Below are positions 8,679-19,724 of a stretch of DNA of 64,000 nt, in pieces. A program made the position numbers and the translations under genes. This DNA is from Thermoplasmatota archaeon. Lineage in GTDB: Archaea; Thermoplasmatota; SW-10-69-26; JACQPN01; JAJPHT01. The stretch spans positions 27,772 to 91,771 of the forward strand of contig DATLGO010000048.1 of the NCBI GenBank assembly GCA_035540375.1, written 5' to 3'. Below the pieces are notes generated by a model that saw only the letters and a list, made by a program, of their open reading frames with translations, did not search any database and was not told the origin of the DNA. Numbering within the stretch: the stretch's first letter is position 1; each line of letters starts with the position of its first letter.

Positions 8679-9560
8679 TCAGGCGTGCCACGCCGTCATG
8701 GCGCCGCCAGCCCACACTTCGACGAGCGGCGTGCAGGAGAGCGGCTCGAACACGGTGACGTGCAGCGCGTTCACGAATTCGCGGGAGTAGGGATTCGCGC
8801 CCGGCGCCCCCTCGTGGATGACCTCGTGCAGGACGATGCGGGCCGCGGGGCACGTCGTGACGACGCTTGGAACGTCGATGACCTGATTCGGGGCCGTCGT
8901 GATCGGCACGTTGATTGAATTCACCGTCAGCGTCGCGACGTGCGAATTCTCCGTGTACCCGACGGACCAGGGCTCGAGCTTCGATTCAGCCCGCAGGACG
9001 CTTGCGCGGATGACGGTCGCGCCGAAACTGATCGTCAGGTCCTCGACTTCGCCGACGCCGCGGAAGGGAATAGGCGCGGCCGAACCGAATTGGGCCTCGC
9101 CGTAACCGTTGAGCGTCGAGGCGTCGATGGTCACCCCAAGGGGCGCAAGGTAGACTCCGAGGACGGTCTCGTCCTCGATCTGGGGCCCTTCGGGCGCGTG
9201 CGCGCGGGCGGGGGCGAAAATCGTCGAGAGCGGCAACCAGGGCGCTGCGACGGCGAGGCCGAAGCCGGCGGCTTCGAAGCCCCGGGCGTAGGTGAAGCAA
9301 TCGACGACATTCCTGTACAGGGGATAACCCTGTGCCTTTTCGTCCTCGCTCGGTCGGACGTGACAGCACGTGTCGCTCTGCAGCAGGCCGAGTTGCCCGA
9401 CGAAGCCTTCGGCACAGGGCGGGGCGCTGCACAGGTGCGCGTGGCCGAGGATGGGCCCGTTGATGTCGTTGCACCGGCCGTGTTCCGCCGCGGCGGGGAC
9501 CGCGACGGGCGCGACGAAAGCGATTGCGAGCAAGCTGATCCAGATGGGTTTTCCGTTCAT
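8679..9560 (-). CDS. secreted hypothetical protein inserted between dnaK and dnaJ
   Basis: Signal peptide MNGKPIWISLLAIAFVAPVAVPAAA. Cys-containing mature protein with no recognised family. Confidence 0.5.
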   Translation of the reverse strand: MNGKPIWISLLAIAFVAPVAVPAAAEHGRCNDINGPILGHAHLCSAPPCAEGFVGQLGLLQSDTCCHVRPSEDEKAQGYPLYRNVVDCFTYARGFEAAGFGLAVAAPWLPLSTIFAPARAHAPEGPQIEDETVLGVYLAPLGVTIDASTLNGYGEAQFGSAAPIPFRGVGEVEDLTISFGATVIRASVLRAESKLEPWSVGYTENSHVATLTVNSINVPITTAPNQVIDVPSVVTTCPAARIVLHEVIHEGAPGANPYSREFVNALHVTVFEPLSCTPLVEVWAGGAMTAWHA

Positions 9561-9673
9561 GGAAGCCTCCCGATGGATCCAACGGGAGCCATCTATGTAA
9601 GGTTGATTGCGCAGACCGGCTTACCCGCGAGCGCCGTCCCCCCGCTCGACGCGCCATCGGAGAACGCTCGTCG

Positions 9674-11617
9674 TTACTTCTTCTCCACGTCGTAGTCGAC
9701 GTCGATCGCGTCGGGGCCCTCGCCCTTCGCGGTGCGCGTCGTGGTCTCGGCGTGCGCGTCGGGCCCCGCGGCGCCCGGCGGGGGCGCGTTCGCGGCGGCC
9801 GCGGCCGCGGCGGCCTGCTGGTAAAGCGCCGCGCCGACCGCCTGGATCGCCTCGGCGAGCTCCTTGGAGCGGTCGCGGATCTCCGAAACGTTCCCGCCCG
9901 CAAGGGCCGCCTTGAGCGCGTCGAGCGCGCCCTGCACCTTGCCCTTCGCGGCGGCGTCGGCCTTGTCGCCGGCCTCGGCGAGCGTGCGCTCCGCGAGGTA
10001 CGCCATCGAGTCGGCTTCGTTCCTGACCTCGATCTCCTCGGCGCGCGCCTTGTCCTCGGCCGCGAAGCGCTCGGCGTCGGCGCGCATGCGCTCGACTTCC
10101 TTCTCGTCGAGGCGCGTCGAGCCCGTGATCGTGATCTGCTGCGCCTTGCCCGTGCCGAGCTCCTTCGCGCTCACGTTGAGGATGCCGTTCGCGTCGATGT
10201 CGAAGCTGACCTCGATCTGAGGGATGCCGCGCGGCGCGGGCGGGATGCCGTCGAGCCGGAAGCGGCCGAGGGACTTGTTGTCCTTCGCGAGCGGCCGCTC
10301 GCCCTGGAGGACGTGGATCTCGACCGTGGTCTGCATGTCGGCCGCGGTCGAGAAGACCTTGCTCCGCTTGGCGGGAATCGTGGTATTGCGCTCGATGAGC
10401 GCCGTCGTGACCCCGCCGAGCGTCTCGATCCCGAGGGTCAGGGGCGTGACGTCGAGGAGCAGGAGGTCCATGACCTCGCCCGTGAGGACCCCGGCCTGGA
10501 TGGCGGCGCCGAGGGCGACGGCCTCGTCGGGGTTCACCGACTTGTTCGGCTCCTTGCCCGTGACGCGCTTCACGAGCTCCTGGACCGCGGGAATGCGGGT
10601 GGATCCGCCGACGAGGATGACCTCGCTGAGGTCCGTGCCCTTGAGGCCCGCGTCGCGCAGCGCCTGCTCGGTGGGTCCGCGGCAGCGCTCGAGGAGATCG
10701 CGGACGAGGTCCTCGAACTTGGCGCGGGTGAGATCGACGTCGACGTGGCGGGGCTGCCCGTCCTTGCCGATCACGATGTAGGGAAGGTTGATGTTCGTCT
10801 TCTGGACCGTCGAGAGCTCCTTCTTCGCCTTCTCGGCGGCTTCGCGCAGGCGCTCGCGGGCGGAGCGGTCCTGGAGGAGGTCGATGCCGTTCTTCGCCTC
10901 AAAGTCCGCGGCGAGGTGGCGCACGATGCGGTCGTCGAAGTCGTCGCCGCCGAGGTGGTTGTCGCCCGCCGTCGCCTTGACCTCGAAGACGCCTTCGCCG
11001 AACTCGAGCACCGACACGTCGAACGTGCCGCCGCCGAGGTCGAAGACGAGCACCGTCTCGCCTTTCTTCTTGTCGAGCCCGTAGGCGAGCGCGCTCGCGG
11101 TGGGCTCGTTCACGATGCGGAGGACCTCGAGGCCCGCGATGCGGCCCGCGTCCTTCGTCGCCTGGCGCTGCGAGTCGTTGAAGTAGGCGGGGACCGTGAT
11201 GACGGCCTTCTCGACCGTCTGGCCGAGGTACGCCTCGGCGTCGCGCTTGAGCTTCTGGAGCACGAACGCGCTGATCTCCTCGGGGCTGAACGCGCGGCCC
11301 TTCGCGGGGATCTGGATCGCGACCTTGCCGGCGTCGCCGCGCGTCGCCTTGTAGGAGACGCGGGCGGCCTCGTCGCGGGTCTCGTCGAACGTGCGGCCCA
11401 TGAAGCGCTTGACGGACGCGACCGTGTTCTCCGGGTTCGCGACCGCCTGGCGCTTCGCGACCTCGCCGACGACGAGCTCGCCTTCCTTGGTGAACGCGAC
11501 GACGGACGGGGTCGTGCGGGCGCCTTCCGCGTTGGGGATGATCTCCGCGTGGCCGCCCTCGATGACGGCGACGGCCGAGTACGTGGTCCCGAGGTCGATG
11601 CCGATGACCTTGCTCAA
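9674..11617 (-). CDS. dnaK: chaperone DnaK (Hsp70)
   Basis: [18 protein letters not shown]..., [12 protein letters not shown] and the full-length 647-aa Hsp70 architecture. Confidence 0.97.
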   Translation of the reverse strand: MSKVIGIDLGTTYSAVAVIEGGHAEIIPNAEGARTTPSVVAFTKEGELVVGEVAKRQAVANPENTVASVKRFMGRTFDETRDEAARVSYKATRGDAGKVAIQIPAKGRAFSPEEISAFVLQKLKRDAEAYLGQTVEKAVITVPAYFNDSQRQATKDAGRIAGLEVLRIVNEPTASALAYGLDKKKGETVLVFDLGGGTFDVSVLEFGEGVFEVKATAGDNHLGGDDFDDRIVRHLAADFEAKNGIDLLQDRSARERLREAAEKAKKELSTVQKTNINLPYIVIGKDGQPRHVDVDLTRAKFEDLVRDLLERCRGPTEQALRDAGLKGTDLSEVILVGGSTRIPAVQELVKRVTGKEPNKSVNPDEAVALGAAIQAGVLTGEVMDLLLLDVTPLTLGIETLGGVTTALIERNTTIPAKRSKVFSTAADMQTTVEIHVLQGERPLAKDNKSLGRFRLDGIPPAPRGIPQIEVSFDIDANGILNVSAKELGTGKAQQITITGSTRLDEKEVERMRADAERFAAEDKARAEEIEVRNEADSMAYLAERTLAEAGDKADAAAKGKVQGALDALKAALAGGNVSEIRDRSKELAEAIQAVGAALYQQAAAAAAAANAPPPGAAGPDAHAETTTRTAKGEGPDAIDVDYDVEKK

Positions 11618-11669
11618 GGTTCAGGGCCTCCTGGCGGTCGCCGCATAAGTCGGAGCTTCAATATAAACG

Positions 11670-12254
11670 TCACGGCTCGCCCGCGGGCTCGTCGGCCGTT
11701 TCGTCGGGCGCGGGCCGCGCCGCGGCGACCTTCACCTTCGCGGGACGCAGGACGCGGCCGCGCAGGCGGTATCCGCGCTCGAGCTCCTTGATGACCACGC
11801 CGGGGGCATAGGCGTCCGTCTCCTCGCGCATGACGGCCTCGTGCACGTTCGCGTCGAAGGGATGCCCTTCGGTGTCGATGCGCTCGATGCCCTCCTTCTC
11901 GAGGAGCGCGCGCATGTCGCGGAAGATGAGGCGCACGCCCTCGTAGAGCGCCTCCTCGGACCCGGACTGCTCGAGGGCCCGGTCCACGTTGTCGAGGATG
12001 GCGAGGAACGGGAGGAGCATCGCCTCGCGGCCCTTCTCGCGCGCTTCGTCGACGTCCTTCCGCGCGCGGCGGCGGAAGTTGTCGAAGTCGGCCTGGAGGC
12101 GGCGCAGCCGGTCCAGGTGCTCGGCGGCCTCGGCGCGGGCCTTCTCGACCTCGGCGCGCGCCGCCGCGAGGTCCGTTTCGAAGCGGGCGCGGGCCTCGTC
12201 CGGGCCCGCGGCCGGGGCGGCGGGGTCGCCCGCGGCTTCCGTCGTGTCCGTCAT
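11670..12254 (-). CDS. grpE: nucleotide exchange factor GrpE
   Basis: The coiled-coil region plus the LLPFLAILDNVDRAL and GHPFDANVHEAV motifs are typical of GrpE. It sits directly upstream of dnaK. Confidence 0.9.
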   Translation of the reverse strand: MTDTTEAAGDPAAPAAGPDEARARFETDLAAARAEVEKARAEAAEHLDRLRRLQADFDNFRRRARKDVDEAREKGREAMLLPFLAILDNVDRALEQSGSEEALYEGVRLIFRDMRALLEKEGIERIDTEGHPFDANVHEAVMREETDAYAPGVVIKELERGYRLRGRVLRPAKVKVAAARPAPDETADEPAGEP

Positions 12255-12313
12255 GACGCCCCGATGAAGGGCCGGCGCGACAAAAGCGTTTCGCGCCGCG
12301 GCGAAAGCTCATC

Positions 12314-13039
12314 GTGCCGCGACGCCTCCCCGCCCGCGTGCGCCTCGCGCTCCTCGCCGGCGTCCACGCGAACCTGCCCGCCTTCGAGGCCGTCCTCGCC
12401 GCCCTCCGGCGCGAGACGCTGGACGAGACCTTCGACCTCGGGAACCTCGTGGGGTTCGGGCCGCACCCCACCGAATGCGCCGGACTCTCCGGGAAACGCC
12501 GTCTCGAAGGGCTCCTCGGATCCTTCGAGGCCGCGGCCTTCGGCGAGGCCCGCGTGCCGCGCGACGCCTTCCCGCTCGCGGCCGACCGCGCGGCGTTCGA
12601 GGCCGTCGTCGAGCGCCTCCGCGCGACGCTTCCCGCCGCGGACCAGCGCCGACTCGGGGCGCGGCCGCCCACGCGCCGTCTCGTCGCGGACGGCCGCCGC
12701 GTCGTCCTCGCGCACGGTTCCTCGGCCTCGCCGTTCGAGCGCGTCCCGCTCGACTCGGACGACACGCTCCTTGCCCGCCATCTCGACGCGGCGCGCGCCG
12801 ACGTGCTCGTCCTCGGCCACGCGCCGCGCGTCGCGACGCGCCGCGTGGGCGAGCGTCTCGTCGTCTGGTGCGGGTCCGTCGGGCGGGCGCGCGATCCGCG
12901 GGGCCGACGCGTCGCGGAAGCGGCGTGGTGCATCCTCGACACGGCCGGGCCCTCGGTGGAACCCCGCGCGACGGCCTTCGACCTCGCTTCGGTCGAACGC
13001 GACACGCTTAAGAGCGCGACCCCGGATTCCTCGCTGTAG
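12314..13039 (+). CDS. metallophosphoesterase-family protein (YfcE/calcineurin-like, some motif substitutions)
   Basis: GVHANLPAFEAVL, LGNLVGFGPHP, VLAHGS and LVLGHAP follow the phosphoesterase motif order. The first metal-binding Asp appears substituted. Confidence 0.55.
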   Translation: MPRRLPARVRLALLAGVHANLPAFEAVLAALRRETLDETFDLGNLVGFGPHPTECAGLSGKRRLEGLLGSFEAAAFGEARVPRDAFPLAADRAAFEAVVERLRATLPAADQRRLGARPPTRRLVADGRRVVLAHGSSASPFERVPLDSDDTLLARHLDAARADVLVLGHAPRVATRRVGERLVVWCGSVGRARDPRGRRVAEAAWCILDTAGPSVEPRATAFDLASVERDTLKSATPDSSL

Positions 13040-13043
13040 CGCT

Positions 13044-14675
13044 GTGCCGTCCACCGCGAGCCACGATCCCGAAGTCTCCCTGGCCCGCCGGCCCCAGGAC
13101 CTCGCCGGACGGGAGTTCGACCTCGTCGTCATCGGCGGCGGCATCAACGGCACGGGCGTCGCGCGCGACGCGGCCCGCCGCGGCCTCAAGGTGGCGCTTC
13201 TCGAGAAGGAGGACTTCGGCTACGGAACGACCGGCCGCTCCACGCGCCTCATCCACGGCGGCCTCAGGTACCTCGCGATGCTCGACTTCGGGCTCGTGCG
13301 GGAGTCGCTGCGCGAACGCGAGATGCTCCTCAGGAACGCGCCGCACCTCGTCGAGCCGCTCGCGTTTCTCGTTCCGCTCTACAAGGGCATCTCGCCGGGC
13401 AAGACGAAGCTCAAGGCGGGCCTCACGCTCTACGACGCGCTCTCCTACGACAAGCGGATGCCCGCGCACCGTTTCCTCTCGAAGGACGAGACGCTCGCCG
13501 AAGAGCCTTCGCTCAACCCCGAGGGGCTCGACGGCGCGCTCCTCTACTACGACGCGCAGGTGCCGCTCGTCGAGCGGCTGTGCCTCGAGAACGCTCTCGA
13601 CGCGGCCGCGCACGGCGCGGTCGTCGTGAACCACCTTCTTGTGCTCGACTTCGTGCGCGAGGGCACGTCGATCGCGGGCGTGCGCGTGAAGGACCGCCTC
13701 TCGGGCCGCGAGGACGTCGTGCGCGCGAAGACCGTCGTGAATGCGACGGGGCCGTGGCTGAACGTCCTCGACGTGCACGTGGAGGACAAGCGCCTGCGCA
13801 TGACGAAGGGCATCCACATCGTCGTGCCGCCCGTCGTGAGGCACGCGGTCGTGCTCTTTGCCGAGGACGGGCGCCTCTTCTTCGCCATCCCTTGGCTCGG
13901 GCGCACGCTCGTCGGCACGACCGACACGGACTACGCCGGCGACCTCGACAAGGTCGCGGCGACCCGCGAGGAGGTCGACTACCTCGTCGAAAGCGCGCGC
14001 CGCATCATTCCGGGCGCCGACGTCTCGGGCGTCCAGTTCACGTGGGCGGGCGTCCGCAGCCTTCTCAACGTGGAAGGGGTGAAGGAGGGCGCGGTGACGC
14101 GCAAGCATTTCGTGATCGACCACGCGAAGGAGGGCGTCCACGGCCTCTTCTCGATCGTCGGCGGCAAGATCACGCCGTACCGCGGCGTCGCCGAGGAGGT
14201 CGTCGACAAGGTCGCGAAGGCGCTCAAGGTGCGCGCCGCGTGCGACACCGGGAAAGCGCCCCTGCCCGGCGCGCTCGACCCGGACGGCCAGGCCGCGTGG
14301 GTCGCCGAGGCCGCGGCGAAGCGACCCGGGTTCCCGGTCGCCTCCCTCGAGCACCTCGCGAGGGTCTACGGGCGGCGCGCGGGCGCCGTGCTCGCCCTCG
14401 CCGACCAGGACCCGACGCTCTCGTCGACCGTGTGCGCGCATTCGCCGACCCTCAAGGCGGAGGCCGTCTTCGCGGCCCGCCACGAGGCGGCCCATACGCT
14501 TGCGGACGTGATCCTGCGCCGCACGCTCCTCGGCCACGCGCCCTGCGAAGGACGCCACGTCGCGCCCGACGTCGCCGCGCTCATCGCCCCCGTCCTCGGC
14601 TGGGACGACGCGCGCCTGTCCGAGGAGGTCGCCGCCTTCGAGGCGGCGGTCGACCTGCGCCACCTGCACGAGTGA
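13044..14675 (+). CDS. glpA: FAD-dependent glycerol-3-phosphate dehydrogenase (GlpA/GlpD family)
   Basis: FDLVVIGGGINGTGVARDAARRGLKVALLEKEDFGYGTTGRSTRLIHGGLRYL is the N-terminal FAD fold, with full-length similarity across the protein. A GTG start follows the upstream gene's stop; the long 11841..14675 track ORF is a frame read-through artefact. Confidence 0.85.
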   Translation: MPSTASHDPEVSLARRPQDLAGREFDLVVIGGGINGTGVARDAARRGLKVALLEKEDFGYGTTGRSTRLIHGGLRYLAMLDFGLVRESLREREMLLRNAPHLVEPLAFLVPLYKGISPGKTKLKAGLTLYDALSYDKRMPAHRFLSKDETLAEEPSLNPEGLDGALLYYDAQVPLVERLCLENALDAAAHGAVVVNHLLVLDFVREGTSIAGVRVKDRLSGREDVVRAKTVVNATGPWLNVLDVHVEDKRLRMTKGIHIVVPPVVRHAVVLFAEDGRLFFAIPWLGRTLVGTTDTDYAGDLDKVAATREEVDYLVESARRIIPGADVSGVQFTWAGVRSLLNVEGVKEGAVTRKHFVIDHAKEGVHGLFSIVGGKITPYRGVAEEVVDKVAKALKVRAACDTGKAPLPGALDPDGQAAWVAEAAAKRPGFPVASLEHLARVYGRRAGAVLALADQDPTLSSTVCAHSPTLKAEAVFAARHEAAHTLADVILRRTLLGHAPCEGRHVAPDVAALIAPVLGWDDARLSEEVAAFEAAVDLRHLHE

Positions 14676-14692
14676 GCCGGGGAAGGAGTTAA

Positions 14693-16339
<1,647 letters not shown>

Positions 16340-16343
16340 CGCG

Positions 16344-16952
16344 ATGCTCGTCGCGCTTACCGGAACGCCCGGCGTCGGCAAGACCACGGTCTCGGACCTC
16401 GCGGGCCGCCTGAGGCCGGGCGCGCGCGTCGTGCACCTCGGCGACTGGCTCGCCGAAGCGGGCCTTCTTGCGGAGCGCGACCCCGCGCGCGGATCGTTCG
16501 AGGTGGACACGCGGCGCATGCGGCGCGCGTTCCGCCTCGCGCACGCGGACGTGCCGGCCGGAACGACGGTCCTCGTGGAAAGCCACCTCGCGCACCACCT
16601 CGACGTCGACGCTTGCCTCCTCCTGCGCGTCGATCCCGCGACGCTCCACCGGCGCCTCTCGGCGCGCGGCTGGAGCGAGGCGAAGGTGCGCGAGAACGTG
16701 GAGGCGGAGGCGCTCGACGTCCTTGCCGCCGAGGTGCGCGACCATTTCGGGGGCGACGCGTGCGACGGCCCGCTTGCGCCGGACGAGAAGCCCTGGGCGC
16801 TCGAGCTCGACGCGACGACGATGCCGCCCGAGGCCGTCGCGGCGGCCGTGTGGGAGGCCGTGGACGCGGGCGGGCGCGCAAGCGGCGAAGGCTTCAAATG
16901 GCGCGCGGTGGGTTCCGTCGCCTGGCCCCTCGACGCGCTTCCGTGGCTTTGA
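16344..16952 (+). CDS. putative adenylate kinase / NTPase Fap7 (AK6) homologue
   Basis: P-loop MLVALTGTPGVGKTTV at the N-terminus, 202 aa, immediately downstream of pyrG. Confidence 0.7.
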   Translation: MLVALTGTPGVGKTTVSDLAGRLRPGARVVHLGDWLAEAGLLAERDPARGSFEVDTRRMRRAFRLAHADVPAGTTVLVESHLAHHLDVDACLLLRVDPATLHRRLSARGWSEAKVRENVEAEALDVLAAEVRDHFGGDACDGPLAPDEKPWALELDATTMPPEAVAAAVWEAVDAGGRASGEGFKWRAVGSVAWPLDALPWL

Positions 16953-17034
16953 GGGCCGCCGTCCGCCGGAGAGAGTTTCCCTGGTCCTCGATCAGTACCG
17001 CAAGAACCTGGACTGGTTCATCTCGCCGATCGCG

Positions 17035-17616
17035 ATGGGATTCCACCGCGTCGGCATCACCCCGAACGCGCTTTCGGTCGTTTCGCTCGTTTTCGCGGCG
17101 CTTGCGGGCGGCGTCTTCTTCGTCGCGACGCGCGAACGGCCCGAGCTCATGCTCGTTGCTGGCGCGCTCGTCGCGGCGAACGCGCTCCTCGACGCCCTCG
17201 ACGGGAAGCTCGCGCGCCTCACGAAACAGGAGACGCGCCGCGGCGACTACCTCGACCACGTCATCGACCGCTACGCGGACGTCTTCATCCTCGGCGGCCT
17301 CGCGCTTTCGCCCGTGGGCAACGTGTACTGGGGCCTCGGCGCCGTGAGCGGCGTCCTCCTCACGAGCTACATGGGAACGCAGGCGCAGGCGCTCGGCCTC
17401 GGCCGCGACTACGGCGGCCTCCTCGGCCGCGCCGACCGGCTCGTCCTCCTCATGGCGATGCCGTTCGTCGCGTGGTACGTGTTCGTGTCCGACATCCACC
17501 TTCCGTGGGACGCGAGCCCGATGACGCTCCTGCTCGCCTGGTTCGCCCTCGTGGGGAACGTCACCGCGATCCAGCGCTTCGCGAAGGGTTGGAAGGAACT
17601 CGGCGCCGGGAAGTGA
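17035..17616 (+). CDS. CDP-alcohol phosphatidyltransferase (archaeal phospholipid synthase family)
   Basis: Signature DALDGKLARLTKQETRRGDYLDHVIDRYAD (D-x2-D-G-x2-A-R...G-x3-D-x3-D) with multiple TM helices. The ATG at 17035 is the first canonical start. Family-typical N-terminal residues (LDQYRKNLDWFISPIA) lie upstream in frame without an ATG/GTG/TTG. Confidence 0.65.
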   Translation: MGFHRVGITPNALSVVSLVFAALAGGVFFVATRERPELMLVAGALVAANALLDALDGKLARLTKQETRRGDYLDHVIDRYADVFILGGLALSPVGNVYWGLGAVSGVLLTSYMGTQAQALGLGRDYGGLLGRADRLVLLMAMPFVAWYVFVSDIHLPWDASPMTLLLAWFALVGNVTAIQRFAKGWKELGAGK

Positions 17617-18300
17617 TCACTCGGGAAAGAGTCCCGAGCCGTCCTCCCACGCCGCGAGGACCTCGGTCATCACGGTCCAGATGCTCAGGCTCTCGGGGTG
17701 GAGACTCACCGTCTCCGTCGCGAGCTTCCGCACGTCCGTCCGGAAATCGCCCTTCGGGAAGCCGCCGAGCACGAGCGTGAGGTCGCCCGCGCGCGCCTTC
17801 TCCGAGAAGTAGCGGTGCGGATTCACGCGCCTCGCCTCCTCGGAGAGCGCGACGACGGGCCCCTTCGCCTCCTCGCGGATGACGCGCTCGAGCGTCCACC
17901 CGCGTTCAAGCCGGAAGAGCGGCGGGTCCTGCGGGACGACGCCGAAGCGGTAGAGCTGCTCCATGAGCCCGATGAACCTCGGCTGGTTGCGCATGATGCG
18001 CGTTTCCGGCGAGACGCGGATGAGCTCGTCGTTCCGCGTGTGCACGAGCAGTCGCAGGCCGCCGGCCTTGTTGAGCACCGAGTCGAGGCCGAGGAGCAGG
18101 AAGAAGTGGACCATGTCCGGCCGGCCGCGCCGCATCCCGTCGGGGAACCCGCGCAGCGCGTCGTGATGGACGGACGCGTCCAGGATCGTGCGGCCCGCGC
18201 GCTCGCCGCGCCGGCCCGCCGCCTTCTGCATCGCGGGGTGGTGCTTGAGCCGCTCGGGCACGAGCTCGAGTTCGCTCTCCGCGAGGACGACCGTGAGCAC
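17617..18300 (-). CDS. nep1: ribosome biogenesis protein Nep1 (EMG1; SSU rRNA pseudouridine N1-methyltransferase, SPOUT)
   Basis: MLTVVLAESELELVP...PDMVHFFLLLGLDSVLNKAGGLRLLVHTRNDELIRVSPETRIMRNQPRFIGLMEQL matches Nep1 family features. Confidence 0.8.
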   Translation of the reverse strand: MLTVVLAESELELVPERLKHHPAMQKAAGRRGERAGRTILDASVHHDALRGFPDGMRRGRPDMVHFFLLLGLDSVLNKAGGLRLLVHTRNDELIRVSPETRIMRNQPRFIGLMEQLYRFGVVPQDPPLFRLERGWTLERVIREEAKGPVVALSEEARRVNPHRYFSEKARAGDLTLVLGGFPKGDFRTDVRKLATETVSLHPESLSIWTVMTEVLAAWEDGSGLFPE

Positions 18301-18376
18301 GCGCGGCCAATCCTCGCGCCCGCCATGAGGGTTTCGGACCGCGCCGGGTCGTTTCGCCGCGCTCGCCCCGCCCCTT

Positions 18377-18838
18377 ATGTGCCCCCTCGCCTGTCCGCCG
18401 GGCGTGAGCGCGTTCCGCCCCCGCTTCGAGTCGGGCCTCCTCGCGCCCGTCCTCGCCCATTTCGCGGCCGAAGGCTACACGCTCGCGACGGAGGTGCCCG
18501 TGAACGGCCGGCTCGCGGACGTCGTCGCGGCGCGCGCGGACGAGGTGGTGGCGGTCGAGCTCAAGCTCGACGACTGGCGCGGCGCCTTCCGGCAGGCGAC
18601 CGCCTACCAGGTGGGCGCCGACCGGGCCTTCGTCGCCCTTCCGCTGCTCGTCGCGGCGGGCGTCATGCACGCCCCCGTCTTCGACCAGGCGGGCGTCGGG
18701 CTTCTCGGCGTCAACCACCCGAAGGGCGACGTGCGCGTGCTCCTGCCCGCGCGACGCTCGGGCCGCCACCTGCCCTTCATGGCGGCGGCCCTGCGCGACG
18801 CGATCCTCGCGGGCGCGCCGCCGTCAGCGGACGCCTGA
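18377..18838 (+). CDS. hypothetical protein, possible PD-(D/E)xK nuclease-like fold
   Basis: RLADVVAARADEVVAVELKLDDW gives a D...E-x-K arrangement. The call is weak and the start is uncertain. Confidence 0.35.
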   Translation: MCPLACPPGVSAFRPRFESGLLAPVLAHFAAEGYTLATEVPVNGRLADVVAARADEVVAVELKLDDWRGAFRQATAYQVGADRAFVALPLLVAAGVMHAPVFDQAGVGLLGVNHPKGDVRVLLPARRSGRHLPFMAAALRDAILAGAPPSADA

Positions 18839-19252
18839 CGGCGATTCCGCGAGGCGGCGGAAGGCTTCGAGGTCGCGCTCGACGAGACGCTCGTCGACGC
18901 CGAGCGCGTCGACCACGGCCTGCTTCACGCCGGAGGGAAGCGCCCAGTCGATCTTGACGCTCACGCGCGTCTTCCCCGCGCCGACGGGCTCGAAGCGGAC
19001 CTCGCCGGACTGCCCGGAACCGCCGACGGCCTGCCATGCGACGCGTCGGTTCGGCTCGAGCGCGGTCGTCCGCGCGTCCCATTCGACCGTCTGGCCCGCC
19101 GCCTCGACGCGCCAGTGCGTCGCATCGGGTCCCGTGCGGCGCACCTCCTCGACGTTCTCCATGAAGCTCGGGAAGCGCTCGAAGTCGGTCCAGAGGTTGT
19201 AGACGCGATCGACGGGCGCCGCGACCTCGATGCTCTTGTCCACGGTCGGCAT
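18824..19252 (-). CDS. SRPBCC-superfamily protein (polyketide cyclase/dehydrase-like, START/Bet v1 fold)
   Basis: MPTVDKSIEVAAPVDRVYNLWTDFERFPSFMENVEEV...WRVEAAGQTVEWDARTTALEPNRRVAWQ is the typical SRPBCC pattern. Confidence 0.6.
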   Translation of the reverse strand: MPTVDKSIEVAAPVDRVYNLWTDFERFPSFMENVEEVRRTGPDATHWRVEAAGQTVEWDARTTALEPNRRVAWQAVGGSGQSGEVRFEPVGAGKTRVSVKIDWALPSGVKQAVVDALGVDERLVERDLEAFRRLAESPSGVR

Positions 19253-19285
19253 GATAGGCCCGGTCCACGCCCGGCGGGTTGAGGG

Positions 19286-19657
19286 TTGCGGCCGCCTCGT
19301 CGCTGGGCTTTTCTGGCCGTCCGCCTTCCCGCCTGCGTGAAGCGCGTCCTTGCCTACGTTCCCGACCTGCTCTTCCGATCGCGCGTGCGCGGCACGGCCT
19401 CGGCCGCGGGCGTCGAGGTCGTGTTCGCGTCGAACGGGCCGGACCTCGCCGCGAAGGCGGCCTCGGGCGGCTTCGACCTCGCGCTCGTGGACCTCCACGC
19501 GCCCGGCGCCCTCGCGCATCTGCCGCGCGGCGTGCGCGTCGTCGGCTTCCACAGCCACGTGGACGTCGCGACGCGACGCGCGGCCGAGGCTGCGGGCGCG
19601 GAAGCGTACACGAACTCCGCCTTCGTCGAGGCCCTGCCGAAGATCCTTCAGGCGTGA
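19286..19657 (+). CDS. stand-alone CheY-like receiver (REC) domain protein, atypical
   Basis: RVLAYVPDLL...GVEVVFASNGPDLAAKAASGGFDLALVDLHAPGALAHL...VRVVGFHSHVD...AGAEAYTNSAFVEALPKIL follows REC topology. The phospho-acceptor Asp context (LALVDL) is present, but the N-terminal acidic pair and the conserved Lys are degenerate. The likely start is GTG near 19340. Confidence 0.4.
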   Translation: MRPPRRWAFLAVRLPACVKRVLAYVPDLLFRSRVRGTASAAGVEVVFASNGPDLAAKAASGGFDLALVDLHAPGALAHLPRGVRVVGFHSHVDVATRRAAEAAGAEAYTNSAFVEALPKILQA

Positions 19658-19724
19658 GCGCGGAAACCCCGTTCGGGGGCCGTCAATCCTTTATGGGGCG
19701 GCGCGCTCAGGAGGAGCGGTCATC

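Noticed and set aside
11841-14675. 944-aa track ORF spanning grpE-antisense through glpA.
   Set aside because: Only the last roughly 543 codons (from GTG 13044) carry the GlpA/GlpD FAD-fold similarity. The upstream part is Ser/Arg-rich read-through overlapping grpE and the metallophosphoesterase gene.
19286-19657. Calling the REC-like ORF a bona fide two-component response regulator.
   Set aside because: The N-terminal Asp pair and the conserved Lys are not intact, and no histidine kinase is nearby. Retained only as an atypical receiver-like domain at low confidence.
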